A DNA stretch of 32,423 bases from an uncultured Chthonomonadaceae bacterium (GCA_963835065.1 CAWIEK010000021.1:1-32423); one strand, 5' to 3'. Numbered from the stretch's first letter, positions 17,408 to 27,052 are shown. Numbers and translations are program-made. Notes: generated by a model from the sequence alone, not told the origin.

Positions 17408-17927
17408 GCAACAAGGGCGCGATGGACGACGCGGGCAGGGCAGGGGACGCAAACGCGCCGGTATAGATTTCTTCAAGAATCGTTTCCTGGCCTTCCTGAT
17501 ATTGCGGCGTTTGATCGTGTTGCTCTTGAATTTGTTGCTTCTGATCTTGGCGCGCTTGAACCCTCTGGCTTTGCAGCAGATTGGGCGCGGCTTGATAGTT
17601 CCAGCTATTTTGGGGCGTGAGCTGCAGCAGCGCCAGTTTCGCGCTGACCTCCTCCAAAATCGAGTACAGCCCATAGGCAATCAGCCCCCAACCGGCTATG
17701 CCCGCTAAGGAGATCACGACAGACAACAAGGAATACGGCGTGATATGAAGTGCGAGCGGTCCTAAAGTGGAATGAACTCTGGATAAAAAATTGACGGTTA
17801 AAACTAACGCAAGGCCACCCGACAATAGCGGCGAGGATTTTGCCACGCGGGAGTAACGCAGGCTGGCAAACAGCGCCATCAGCATCAAAACAGGAGACAG
17901 CCATTGCAAGGCAATCAGCAGGAACAT
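17313..17927 (-). CDS. Hypothetical membrane protein (3 TM segments plus Gln-rich tail)
   Basis: AAGGAG RBS before ATG 17927; three hydrophobic segments. Confidence 0.6.
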   Translation of the reverse strand: MFLLIALQWLSPVLMLMALFASLRYSRVAKSSPLLSGGLALVLTVNFLSRVHSTLGPLALHITPYSLLSVVISLAGIAGWGLIAYGLYSILEEVSAKLALLQLTPQNSWNYQAAPNLLQSQRVQARQDQKQQIQEQHDQTPQYQEGQETILEEIYTGAFASPALPASSIAPLLLESENRVESRPVFAVQPEQPDTPLTLGSTRQ

Positions 17928-18139
17928 AATCCGCTCCTTTTCACAGCGTAAACGCCATTTGCAGCCCCTCAATTGTGCATCGCTTCAGCAACGGAGCCAT
18001 GCAAATGTGTCAAACCTTGCTCACGAACTGCATCCGGGTAATATTCCATCCTGCTAATCAGACGAAACGCCTATACTGACGGTTTCGCTCCCTATCCATG
18101 TGCCCTGATCCGTGACACATCCGAAAAGAGGAGAATTCC

Positions 18140-18180
18140 CCGAACACCCAACACCAAATACCAAACACCGACTACCGACA
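18140..18180. repeat. Solo heptamer arm, six units, next to the DUF4337 stop
   Basis: ccgaaca cccaaca ccaaata ccaaaca ccgacta ccgaca. Confidence 0.75.
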
Positions 18181-18183
18181 GTT

Positions 18184-18816
18184 TCAGGACAGCAAATTGG
18201 TAAGCCACGTCGGGTGCAGGCCCCATCCAAGCAGCCCGGCAAGTCCCATTAAGACGCCGAACACGGTGGGAACGAGCGCAAGGGTATACAGCCAGCGTTT
18301 TTGGGTCAGGGACGTGAGCGCGAGCAGGGAAATGGCGATAGCGATTTGCGCATCCGCCAGATCGAACTGGTCGTCATGGATGTTTTTCGCGTCGTACATT
18401 TTTTCCGCGTCTTCCGCGGCTTTTTTCTGCTCCTCCTTTTTCTCATGCTGCTCAGACGCAATCTTTGTATACGCGGCAATCTGATTGCTATAGTCTTTTT
18501 GCAGGCGGGCAGGCGCGGCGGCGGCCTGAAGTTTTAACTGTACAACGGTGGAGTTGGCGATTTCTTCCCGAATGTTGCGGGCCTGATAGTAGCTCCAGTT
18601 GTCAATGCGATCCGCCTGCGCCTGCTGCATGGCTTGAACGATGTTATCGTCCTTGATATGGCAAATACCGAGAAACGTTGCCAGCAATGCAACCGTAATC
18701 GCAACAAGGTTGTTGAGGAAACTCTTGCGCCGGTCACTGGCGGAGCGGGCTGCGGCGTCCTGTTCGTCCCTGGCGCCCTTTGCGTCTTCCACGGCTCCCA
18801 TCGGGTCTAAATCCAT
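18184..18816 (-). CDS. DUF4337-family membrane protein
   Basis: VAITVALLATFLGI..IK, DNWSYYQARNIRE, DDQFDLADAQIAIAISL; GGAGG RBS. Confidence 0.85.
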   Translation of the reverse strand: MDLDPMGAVEDAKGARDEQDAAARSASDRRKSFLNNLVAITVALLATFLGICHIKDDNIVQAMQQAQADRIDNWSYYQARNIREEIANSTVVQLKLQAAAAPARLQKDYSNQIAAYTKIASEQHEKKEEQKKAAEDAEKMYDAKNIHDDQFDLADAQIAIAISLLALTSLTQKRWLYTLALVPTVFGVLMGLAGLLGWGLHPTWLTNLLS

Positions 18817-18849
18817 TTTGCGCCCCTCCTGTGTTCCCTTTGAACTTTA

Positions 18850-18880
18850 ATTTGCGTGTATTCGCGCGTATTTGCGGCTA
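18850..18880. repeat. Solo 10-mer arm (ATTYGCG family) next to the ROK stop
   Basis: atttgcgtgt attcgcgcgt atttgcggct a; same family as 21894 and 23743. Confidence 0.7.
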
Positions 18881-18885
18881 AAATC

Positions 18886-19845
18886 CTAAAGCAGCAATGC
18901 GATGGCGGCTAAATCCTGCGCCCGGTCGCCAAGCGCGGCGGGCACAATGCGGCATACGTCCGCGCTGCGCTTCCAGGCGTATTCGCGGATGGCGGCGCGA
19001 ATGGGTTCCAGAATCAGGTCGCCGGCATGGACGGCGATTGTGCCTAAAATAATACATTCCGGGTTCAGGATTTGAATGATGTTTGCGAGGCCGATACCCA
19101 TGTACGTGCCCGCTTCTTCCAGCACTTGCCGGGCAAAGGGGTCGCCTTCCTTGGCGGCTTCCACAACGTGCGCGGCAGTGATGTCGCCGGGTTTGCCGCC
19201 CGCAAGCGCGAGAACGCGCTTTTGGCGTCCATAGCGCATGCTGTCGCGGGCAAGGCGGGCAATGGCCGGGCCGGAAGCCAGGGCTTCCAAGCAGCCGGAC
19301 TTGCCGCAGCCGCACTTGGGGCCGTTGAGCAGCACGGTTTGATGCCCCATTTCCCCTGCCAAATCGTTGGTTCCCCGGTACAGTTTGCCGTCCAGAATGA
19401 TGCCGCCGCCAATGCCCGTACCCATCGTGACGAACACCATATTGCTAGTGCCCTGTCCCGCGCCGAAGCGCCATTCCGCTAGGGCCGTGGCGTTGGCGTC
19501 GTTTTCCACAATCGTCGGCAATCCCAGGGCGTTTTCAAAGAACGCTTTCACGGGCACGTTTTGCCAGTCGGGCAGGTTGGGCGGCGAATGGACAACGCCC
19601 GTTTTGGTGTCCAGCGGCCCGCCGCACGACACGCCCACGCCCCGAACCGCCAATCCCTGTTCCCGCGCCTGCGCCATCAGGCCGCGCGCATGAACGGCAA
19701 GCTGTTCCAGCACGTCCCGCGGCCCGCGTTCTCCCGAACGAGTTGGCTCGCCGATACGCTGTACAATCGCGCCGTCCGCTTTCGCCAGCACAACGCCGCA
19801 TTTCGTGCCGCCAATATCCACGCCTAAAAGCAAAGTTTCCGCCAT
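18886..19845 (-). CDS. ROK-family sugar kinase (glucokinase-like)
   Basis: GVDIGGTK, ENDANA, GTGIGGG, GEMGH, CGCGKSGCLEA. Confidence 0.95.
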   Translation of the reverse strand: MAETLLLGVDIGGTKCGVVLAKADGAIVQRIGEPTRSGERGPRDVLEQLAVHARGLMAQAREQGLAVRGVGVSCGGPLDTKTGVVHSPPNLPDWQNVPVKAFFENALGLPTIVENDANATALAEWRFGAGQGTSNMVFVTMGTGIGGGIILDGKLYRGTNDLAGEMGHQTVLLNGPKCGCGKSGCLEALASGPAIARLARDSMRYGRQKRVLALAGGKPGDITAAHVVEAAKEGDPFARQVLEEAGTYMGIGLANIIQILNPECIILGTIAVHAGDLILEPIRAAIREYAWKRSADVCRIVPAALGDRAQDLAAIALLL

Positions 19846-20122
19846 GCTATTCGCCTGTTCCTTCTGAAATGTTCCTGTTTCTGCCTGCAATGTTCGCGCA
19901 TGTGATTATGTTTTCCTGCTTTTGCGCTGACCATTGGCTGAGAATTCGTTTCACGAGGTTTGAAGCGAACCTTTGCAGGCTAAACCGCAACAAAGTAGGC
20001 AGGAGAAAACTGAAAGCGAGTGGAGGAGGGAACATGCAGAGAAGAAAGGGAACAACCGACCGGGCGCGAACGGAGTATATGAAAGTTGAAATGCGCCTGG
20101 ATTGCGGGCGCATATCGCTGAT

Positions 20123-20153
20123 GGCTTTTCATGCGCCAAGCGCATGAAAAGCC
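20123..20153. terminator. 14-bp hairpin after the 20170 gene
   Basis: GGCTTTTCATGCGC-CAA-GCGCATGAAAAGCC. Confidence 0.55.
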
Positions 20154-20169
20154 GTCGTTTTGCTGCATG

Positions 20170-21060
20170 TTACCGACTGATGGCGACGCTTGTGGCAAGT
20201 AGTGTGCCGTTGAGGACGGCTTGCCCCGTTGCTATGAGATGATCGCCTGCTTGCAGATTGTGAAACAATACGGGCGTCACCCGGTTGATTTGCGCTTGCG
20301 AGGCGGGCGTGACGGTAATGGCAGCCCCGTTGTTCAGCGTCACCGTCAGCGGGCTGATAGACGTGACCACGCCGGTTAGCATGATGGGAGGCGCGGCGGG
20401 CGTATTGGACGGGGCGGACGCATTACGCGCCCCGCTTGCGTTCGATTTTGCGCTGTTGTTGGTGTTCGCGCCTGTATTTGCGCCCACGCTTGCCACTGTA
20501 GCGGGGGCGCGGTTGGCTTGCAGAAAGTCAGGAATTTGGCCTGCGATAATGGCGCTTGCCGTAATCGTCGTGGCTGTCGCGCCGGAAGCCACGCCTTGAA
20601 TCTGCACTTGCTCACCTTCTTGCAGCGAAGCGGCGGTGATGGGCGTCAGCGCCACCAACTGCGTGGCGTTACCGATTTGCAGCATCTGCCGGTTGCCATC
20701 CCGCGCGGATTGAATCAGAATGCGTCCGGTGCTTGCTTCCCCGTCAAGAATGGTTCCGGCTACCATCGGCATTTGCGAGTTGCCGCTGCTGCCGTTGGAG
20801 TTGAAGCCTGCCGAATTCATACCTACCGAACTGCCCGTTTGCCCCATTGCCGCCTGCCCGTTGAACATCGGATTGTTCGCAGCCTGCCCGGTTCGCGCCG
20901 GGTAGGTGGAGGTCGCCGCGCTCCGTAACGGCATAATCCTGCGGCCTCCCGGCCCCTGTGCCCCTGCGCCCGTACCAACAGCGAAGATAGCGCACAATGG
21001 CAAACCTGCCACAACCAGCCTCTTCGCCCCTATCCTGCCTGCGTTCATTTTTGCTTTCAT
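20170..21060 (-). CDS. Secreted hypothetical protein with two DUF5666-like beta domains
   Basis: Signal peptide; low-complexity linkers; repeated L..G..V...G.......A..I pattern; GGAGG RBS. Confidence 0.7.
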   Translation of the reverse strand: MKAKMNAGRIGAKRLVVAGLPLCAIFAVGTGAGAQGPGGRRIMPLRSAATSTYPARTGQAANNPMFNGQAAMGQTGSSVGMNSAGFNSNGSSGNSQMPMVAGTILDGEASTGRILIQSARDGNRQMLQIGNATQLVALTPITAASLQEGEQVQIQGVASGATATTITASAIIAGQIPDFLQANRAPATVASVGANTGANTNNSAKSNASGARNASAPSNTPAAPPIMLTGVVTSISPLTVTLNNGAAITVTPASQAQINRVTPVLFHNLQAGDHLIATGQAVLNGTLLATSVAISR

Positions 21061-21168
21061 TGCTGTTCCCTCCTGATGAATGCGCTTTCAATTTCAGTAT
21101 AAGGGCACAACGTAAAAATGCGATAAAAGAACGCAGCGTCGGAGTAGAATTTTTTCGGTTGGAAACAA

Positions 21169-21846
21169 TTACGCCGACATTGCTAAACTCTCGATGCAGG
21201 CGGGACCGTCGTTGACGGGCGCGTTCACTCGCTTGGAAACCGCGTATGCTTCCATGTCGGCGGGGGAATACGGCTGGAGCAGGGCAAGCAAGTCCGGCAC
21301 GGCGTTGTTGGACGGGTTTAGCCAATCCGCTTCCCACTCTGGGCGCAGCATGGCGGGCATCCGGTCGTGAATGTCGGCCATCAATTCATTGGGCGCAACC
21401 GTGATAATGGAGCAGGTGCGCAGGGGAACGCCGTCCGGCCCCTTCCACTCCTCCCACAACCCGGCAAACGCGAACAAATCCCCGTCCCGCCGCCGAATGT
21501 ACATCGGCTGCCGCGTATCGTTCTCTTTCTTCCACTCATAAAACCCGTCACTGGGTATCAGACACCGCCGCCGAACCAATGCGTTCTTGAAGGACGGCTT
21601 TTCCGCCAGTGTTTCCGCCCGCGCATTGATCAGTTTGTTACCAATTGCCGGGTCTTTGGCCCAAAACGGTATCAATCCCCACTTGTAAGCGTTCAGGGCG
21701 CGAACCTCTTTTTCCGCAACCACCACCGGGATGGATTGTGACGGCGCAATGTTGTACCGCTCCTGCGCGTCGGCAAGAACTTCCTCCACGCCAAAGCGCA
21801 GCGCAATTTGCTGCGGCGCATGATGCAACGTATACCGGCCACACAT
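21169..21846 (-). CDS. SOS response-associated peptidase (SRAP; YedK/HMCES family)
   Basis: MCGRY start, YNIAP, WGLIPFW, INARAET, RRCLIPSDGFYEW, FAGLW, IHDRMP. Confidence 0.96.
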   Translation of the reverse strand: MCGRYTLHHAPQQIALRFGVEEVLADAQERYNIAPSQSIPVVVAEKEVRALNAYKWGLIPFWAKDPAIGNKLINARAETLAEKPSFKNALVRRRCLIPSDGFYEWKKENDTRQPMYIRRRDGDLFAFAGLWEEWKGPDGVPLRTCSIITVAPNELMADIHDRMPAMLRPEWEADWLNPSNNAVPDLLALLQPYSPADMEAYAVSKRVNAPVNDGPACIESLAMSA

Positions 21847-21893
21847 ACCGCGAACTCCTTCCTTGCGCGTTCTTCGCTGTCCTCTGATGGGAA

Positions 21894-21915
21894 TAGCCGC
21901 GAATGAACGCGAATG
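21894..21915. repeat. 10-mer-family arm upstream of the SRAP gene
   Basis: TAGCCGCGAATGAACGCGAATG, the exact reverse complement of 23753-23774. Confidence 0.75.
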
Positions 21916-22197
21916 GCGATGTAATACTGTCACTCCACAATAAACGGCTGAAGCGGAAAAACTACCATGAACCTGACTATTTCTTATGACTACTTATTGG
22001 TAGTTTCAAGGGTTCCTGGTGATTGGTGATCTGCCCCCGCTAAGTTCGGTCAATTTGCAACAATAAAGAGAACAGGCTTTTCGCTTGCTCTGCGCAAATG
22101 GATATTGGCAATGTCGCGGAGCGGAAACGCAGAAACAAGACTCGAAAAGCGCAGGAGATAGAGCCGGGAGTAACGAATTGATAGCGAACGTTTTACC

Positions 22198-22233
22198 CCT
22201 GAACACCAGAACACCTGAATACCTGAATACCGA
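22198..22233. repeat. Solo octamer arm just before the manD start
   Basis: cctgaaca ccagaaca cctgaata cctgaata ccga. Confidence 0.75.
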
Positions 22234-22242
22234 GGCTTCCTT

Positions 22243-23659
22243 ATGAAAATAACCGATGTGCGCGTGATTGTCACCTGTCCCACCCGCAACTATGTCGTCG
22301 TCAAAATTATGACGGACGAACCCGGCTTGTATGGCGTCGGCGACGCGACGCTCAACGGGCGCGAATTGGCCGTCGCAGTCGCATTAACCGAGCATATCGC
22401 GCCCCTGCTGATTGGCCGCGACCCCGACCAGATCGAGGACATCTGGCAGATGCTGTTTCGGGGAACCTACTGGCGCGGCGGCCCTGTCCTGATGACCGCG
22501 CTGGCCGGTATAGACATTGCCCTGTGGGACATCAAAGGCAAACGCGCCGGACTGCCCGTGTATTCCCTGCTCGGCGGCAGAACGCGAATGGGCGCACTCG
22601 CCTACACCCACGCGGGCGGGCGCGATTTTCAGGAAGTGGAAGACAACGTTCGGCAGTGCATGGAGCGCGGCTTCAAAGTGGTGCGCGCCCAGGTTGCCAT
22701 TCCCGGCACAATCGGCACGTATGGCGTCGGCGGTGCCAAAGAAGCCGCGTCCGCCACCTGGAACGCCCCTCCCGCCCTGCCCGAACCCCGCGACCCGGCG
22801 GAAACGCAGGGGGAACCGGCTTCTCCGTCACCGGAAGGGGCAAAGGACAAGGAGACAAGGAGACAAGGAGAAGGAGAAGAATCAATCCACAATCCACAAT
22901 GCACAGGGATCATTAATGACTTCATCCCTCACTCCTCATCCCTCATCCCTTCCTGTTGGTGATGGCGGACCGATGCCGCAAGTCGAAACATGGGAGCCGG
23001 GGCCGTATTTGCGAACTATTCCCCGCTTGTTTGCGCATTTACGGGATAAACTGGGCGAGGAGGTGGAACTGTTTCATGATGTGCATGAGCGCCTGACGCC
23101 GATACAGGCCGCTCGACTGGCGCGGGAACTGGAACCGTACCACCTGTTCTTTCTGGAAGACTGCCTGCGCCCCGAACATAAAGAGAGTTTCCGCCTTATT
23201 CGGCAGCACACGACTACGCCTCTTGCTATGGGCGAATTGTTCCATACCAAATGGGACTGCCTGCCTCTGCTGGCCGAACAACTCATAGATTACATTCGCT
23301 GCGACCTGGGACACATCGGCGGCATTACGGAAGCGAAAAAGATCGCGGCTATCGCCGAGTGTTACTACATTCAAACCGCGTGGCATGGACCGGGCGACAT
23401 CGGACCCGCCATGCACGCCGCCAATGTCCATGTAGACCTTGCCATCCCCAACTTCGGCGTTCAGGAAATGGTGGCGTTTTCCGAAGAGGTTCACGAAGTT
23501 CTGCCCGGCGCTCCCATTTTCCAGAACGGCTATCTCAATGTCACGGACGCCCCCGGCCTGGGCGTGGACGTGAACGAGGAAGCGGCAGCCCGCTACCCCT
23601 ACAAGCGCGCCTACCTGCCCAACACCCGCCGCGCCGACGGTTCGGTAATGGACTGGTAA
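22243..23659 (+). pseudogene. manD: Enolase-superfamily D-mannonate dehydratase (ManD/RspA subgroup), +1 frameshift within a repeat-derived loop insertion
   Basis: [31 protein letters not shown]...YG in 22243..22962; HDVHERL, LED, MGE, AWHGP, PGLGVD and DGSVMDW in the 22517..23659 frame. Confidence 0.88.
22846..22950. repeat. Composite tandem-repeat insert inside manD
   Basis: (GACAAGGA)3 at 22846-22869; (AATSCAC)3 at 22884-22904; TCATCCC-like x4 at 22922-22949. Confidence 0.85.
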
Positions 23660-23666
23660 CGGCTTT

Positions 23667-25451
23667 TTGGAGGTAAACTATCTTCATCTTAATTGGCCGA
23701 ACGGAAACGAGTTGCCTCCAATTTCTGAATTATCTTTATCTACATTCGCGTTCATTCGCGTTCATTCGCGGCTAGTTCTTCTATTCTCCTGCGCGCTGAT
23801 TGTGGTCGCGCTGTGGCTGCTGCAATGGACGCCGTACCTCAATGTCGCCAACGATTCGGGCCGCTATATGGTCTTAGGCGAATCATTGGCGCGAACCGGC
23901 GATTTGCGGCTGCTCAACGATGTGCGGCAGCCGCTTGATACCCTCTACCCGCCCGGTTTCCCCGCCATCATCGCCTTCTGGATGCGCGTCACCGGGCGTG
24001 ACGCGATAGGCGTGATCCTGCCCGTCAAATTAACGCTGCTGGCTCTGCTGCTCGCTACCTTGCCGATGCTCTACGCGCTGCTCACCCGCGCCCGCCTTCC
24101 CAACCGCTACATTGCCGCCGGACTTTTCATCGCTGCCACCTGCCCTGCCCTGATTTCCTACGCCAACGAAGTGATGTCGGAAATGCCGCTGCTGTTCCTG
24201 TGCCTGGCGTCTGTTGTAGCGGTTGAGGAAACAGGGAACAGGGGACAGGGAATAGAAGAGAAGAAAAGAAGAGAAGAGAAGACGGAAGACGAGGAACCCT
24301 CAACCCTCAACCCTCAACCCTCAACGAGAAACTCCTGTTCCCTGTTCCCTGTTCCCTGTTCCCTTGCTTGCGCTGCCGCCGCGTTCCTGATGCGAACGTC
24401 AGGGATTGCCTTGCTGCTGGCGCAGACGGTCTGGTTTTGGAAGCGGTTTGGGTGGAAGTGGGGTATGGCGGCGCTGCTGGTAATGTTGGTAGTCGTGGGC
24501 GGTTGGCTGAAGCGCAACTCGCATATCACCAAAGCGCACCCGGAAATCCGTTATTCCAGTTATGTGGATCAGTTCACGCTGCGCAATCCAATGCAGGCGG
24601 ACGCGGGGCGCATACCGCTCAATGCGCGCGGCCTGCTGTCGCGTATGAAGTTCGGCCTGCCGACGTACATCGGTTTGATACCCCGCGCGCCCCTGTACAT
24701 GATGGCTCCACCGCGCACCGGCTGGCTGATGCTGTTTTACGTCGTTGCCGTTCCCCTCACGCTGCTGATGTTTGTTGGCATTGGCGAAGCGTGGAAGCGC
24801 GGCCTGAAGTTGTCAGTTGGGTTTGCGTTGCTGTTCTGGTTTGTGGCGGCGATGTGGCCCTGGCAGAACGCCCGTTTTCTGGTTCCGCTCATTCCGTTTA
24901 TGATTTTGTTTTTGGTGCTCGGCGTGTATGTCGCGTCCGAATGGCTGCGCAAGCGCTCCAATACGCGAGCGGTTCATGCCGCGCAATGTATCGGGGTCGC
25001 TGCGCTGCTGGTCTATTTTGCGAATGTGCATCTTCGCGTGATATGGCAGGAACACCGCCCGACACTGCCCGGTTATGCGTTCGGCAGAAACCGGGACGAA
25101 GCCGGGTTTTATGCCGCCTGCGCCTGGCTGCGCCAAAACTCCGACCCGCGCGAAATCGTCATGGGCAAGCCGCAATACCTGCTGCACCTGTACGCGGGCA
25201 ATCTCACGGCGCAGTTGGAGCCGACTACAAGCGCGCGGGCGCAGGAAAAAGCGTATATCGCGCCGCAGCATGTCCGCTATCTGCTGCAGGACTCCTGGCA
25301 GTGGGGCGTACCTCCAAGCCGCAAAATCTTCGACAACTATCTGCAAGAGTACGGCGACCGCTGGCAGTCCGTCTGGACCGACCCGAACGGCAGCGGGGTA
25401 AGAATATGGCGGCGGAAAGAGGAATGGCAAACCGCGAAACACGCGAACTAA
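23667..25451 (+). CDS. GT-C fold (ArnT/PMT-like) polytopic glycosyltransferase; start uncertain
   Basis: DSGRYMVLGESL, YPPGFP, MSEMPLL, MRTSG, RFLVPLIPF; many TM segments. Confidence 0.8.
   Translation: MEVNYLHLNWPNGNELPPISELSLSTFAFIRVHSRLVLLFSCALIVVALWLLQWTPYLNVANDSGRYMVLGESLARTGDLRLLNDVRQPLDTLYPPGFPAIIAFWMRVTGRDAIGVILPVKLTLLALLLATLPMLYALLTRARLPNRYIAAGLFIAATCPALISYANEVMSEMPLLFLCLASVVAVEETGNRGQGIEEKKRREEKTEDEEPSTLNPQPSTRNSCSLFPVPCSLACAAAAFLMRTSGIALLLAQTVWFWKRFGWKWGMAALLVMLVVVGGWLKRNSHITKAHPEIRYSSYVDQFTLRNPMQADAGRIPLNARGLLSRMKFGLPTYIGLIPRAPLYMMAPPRTGWLMLFYVVAVPLTLLMFVGIGEAWKRGLKLSVGFALLFWFVAAMWPWQNARFLVPLIPFMILFLVLGVYVASEWLRKRSNTRAVHAAQCIGVAALLVYFANVHLRVIWQEHRPTLPGYAFGRNRDEAGFYAACAWLRQNSDPREIVMGKPQYLLHLYAGNLTAQLEPTTSARAQEKAYIAPQHVRYLLQDSWQWGVPPSRKIFDNYLQEYGDRWQSVWTDPNGSGVRIWRRKEEWQTAKHAN
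23743..23774. repeat. 10-mer arm (CATTCGCGTT)3 at the 5' end of the GT-C gene
   Basis: cattcgcgtt cattcgcgtt cattcgcggc ta; translated as FAFIRVHSRL. Confidence 0.8.
24227..24363. repeat. Heptamer-armed hairpin inserted in frame in the GT-C gene
   Basis: GGGAACA-like x4 (24227-24254) / (CCTGTTC)4 (24334-24363), enclosing (AGAAG)n and (AACCCTC)4. Confidence 0.88.
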
Positions 25452-25650
25452 ACGAAAAAGAACCAAAAGGGAAAATAAGAGGGGCAGGGAGAGTGAAGCA
25501 AGGGGGGAAGCAGAGAATCGCCTATAGAACATCAAGCGAACAGGAACCTTGTGCTATAATGGGACACGCATTTTTCTAGTTTCGTTCTGATTTCTTATGG
25601 AAGCGTCTTTGACCTGTTCTTTTTCGCGTTCTTTCGCGCTTTTCGCGGTT
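25430..25650. repeat. AACCGCGAAA-family hairpin element between the GT-C and reductase genes
   Basis: Left aaccgcgaaacacgcgaactaaacgaaaaaga; right tcttttttcgcgttctttcgcgcttttcgcggtt; left arm nearly identical to 27927-27966. Confidence 0.8.
25552..25560 (+). promoter_or_regulatory. Extended -10 promoter inside the hairpin loop
   Basis: TGCTATAAT (TGnTATAAT), about 100 nt upstream of ATG 25662. Confidence 0.55.
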
Positions 25651-25661
25651 CATTTAGTATT

Positions 25662-26999
25662 ATGAAGCACTACGATGTGGTTGTGGTTGGGACGGGGCCG
25701 GCGGGTAATGCGGCAGCGTTTGAACTGGCGAGGGCGGGCAAAACCGTCGCGCTGCTGGAAAAGCAGATTTTGCCGCGTCACAAAACCTGTGGCGGCGGAA
25801 TGCCGATGGTGGTGTCGCAGGTAATCGGTTTGGATACGCTGCGCGACCTGGCTCCCGATGCGTTTGTCGAGGCCGACACGCGCTGGATGCGCCACACCTA
25901 TAATTTCAGCGACCCGTACCTTGCGCCCATGAACATGGAAAGCGCGTCCATAAACATAGCAACTGGCGGGGAAAATAACGGCGCAGGCGATGGGGCGAAA
26001 CAGGGGCGGCAGTTGTCGCTGTGGATGGTGCGGCGTTCCGTATTTGACTATGCGCTGGCGCAGCGGGCGGCAAGCGCGGGCGCGGAACTGCGCGACGGGC
26101 TGGCCGTCAAAACGCTGGAAATCAGCGCGGGCAAGCCCATTGTTGTGCGGGCGGAAGGCAAAAGCATTGGGGGCGAGGACGCGAGTACGGTTTGGGAAGC
26201 AACTGCCGATGTGGTCATTGGCGCGGATGGGGCGAACGGCATTGTCGCCAAAACCGTTGGATTGCGGCGGGAACGCGCCCTTGCCATTGCCCTTGAAGCC
26301 GAAGTGCCGCATACGTGGGGCAGCGGACATCCCGATCTGCGCCCGGACGTGTGCCATCTGGAATATGGAGCCGTAAAGCGGGGCTATGCGTGGGTCTTCC
26401 CCAAAGGAGACCATCTTAATGTCGGCGCGGGCGTGTTCCGTCCACGCGGCGAACAGAGCCGGGGCGACAGCACGGTGCGCAATGAACTGCGCCGCGCAAT
26501 CGTAGATTACCTGCGTCTGCTGGACGTGCCAAAAACCGAAGCGGAACTGACGTTCTATGCCCACCCTCTGCCCATTTGGGACGGCATGGAAACCCTGCAA
26601 ACGCGCGACAACCGCGTTCTTTTGGCGGGAGATGCCGCAGGGCTAATCAACCCCTTTTTCGGCGACGGCATTCTCCACGCGCTGAAAAGCGGGCAAATCG
26701 CCGCGCAGTGCATCCTTGCCGGCAATGAAGCGGGCTACACTCGCGCCATTCGAGACGAGTTCAAAACCAATTTCGATGCCGCCTTGAAATTGGCAAAGGT
26801 GTTCTACCGGTGGCCCGGCTTCATTTACAAGCATGGCGTGAAGCGTCCGGGCGCAACGCATACGGCAACGCGCCTGCTGGCGGGCGAACTGAACTTTAAG
26901 GATGTATCCGGGCGCGTGATGCGGCGTTTGCGCCGCGCCATGCTGACCGACCACTCCCCGGACGCCATTGACCCACAGGAGTTGAACAAAGTAGGCTGA
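25662..26999 (+). CDS. Geranylgeranyl reductase-family FAD-dependent oxidoreductase
   Basis: GTGPAG, PRHKTCGGG, RRSVFD, IGADGANG, GYAWVFPK, LAGDAAGLINPFFGDGI. Confidence 0.92.
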   Translation: MKHYDVVVVGTGPAGNAAAFELARAGKTVALLEKQILPRHKTCGGGMPMVVSQVIGLDTLRDLAPDAFVEADTRWMRHTYNFSDPYLAPMNMESASINIATGGENNGAGDGAKQGRQLSLWMVRRSVFDYALAQRAASAGAELRDGLAVKTLEISAGKPIVVRAEGKSIGGEDASTVWEATADVVIGADGANGIVAKTVGLRRERALAIALEAEVPHTWGSGHPDLRPDVCHLEYGAVKRGYAWVFPKGDHLNVGAGVFRPRGEQSRGDSTVRNELRRAIVDYLRLLDVPKTEAELTFYAHPLPIWDGMETLQTRDNRVLLAGDAAGLINPFFGDGILHALKSGQIAAQCILAGNEAGYTRAIRDEFKTNFDAALKLAKVFYRWPGFIYKHGVKRPGATHTATRLLAGELNFKDVSGRVMRRLRRAMLTDHSPDAIDPQELNKVG

Positions 27000-27052
27000 A
27001 CGAATCAGTAGAAGTCGCTTGAATATGAATTGCTTGAAAAGGAGAGGAACCC

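Noticed and set aside
17930..18135. Structured-looking intergenic region (GACGAAAC/GTTTCG stem) considered as hammerhead or c-di-GMP riboswitch
   Set aside because: Core consensus motifs are absent.
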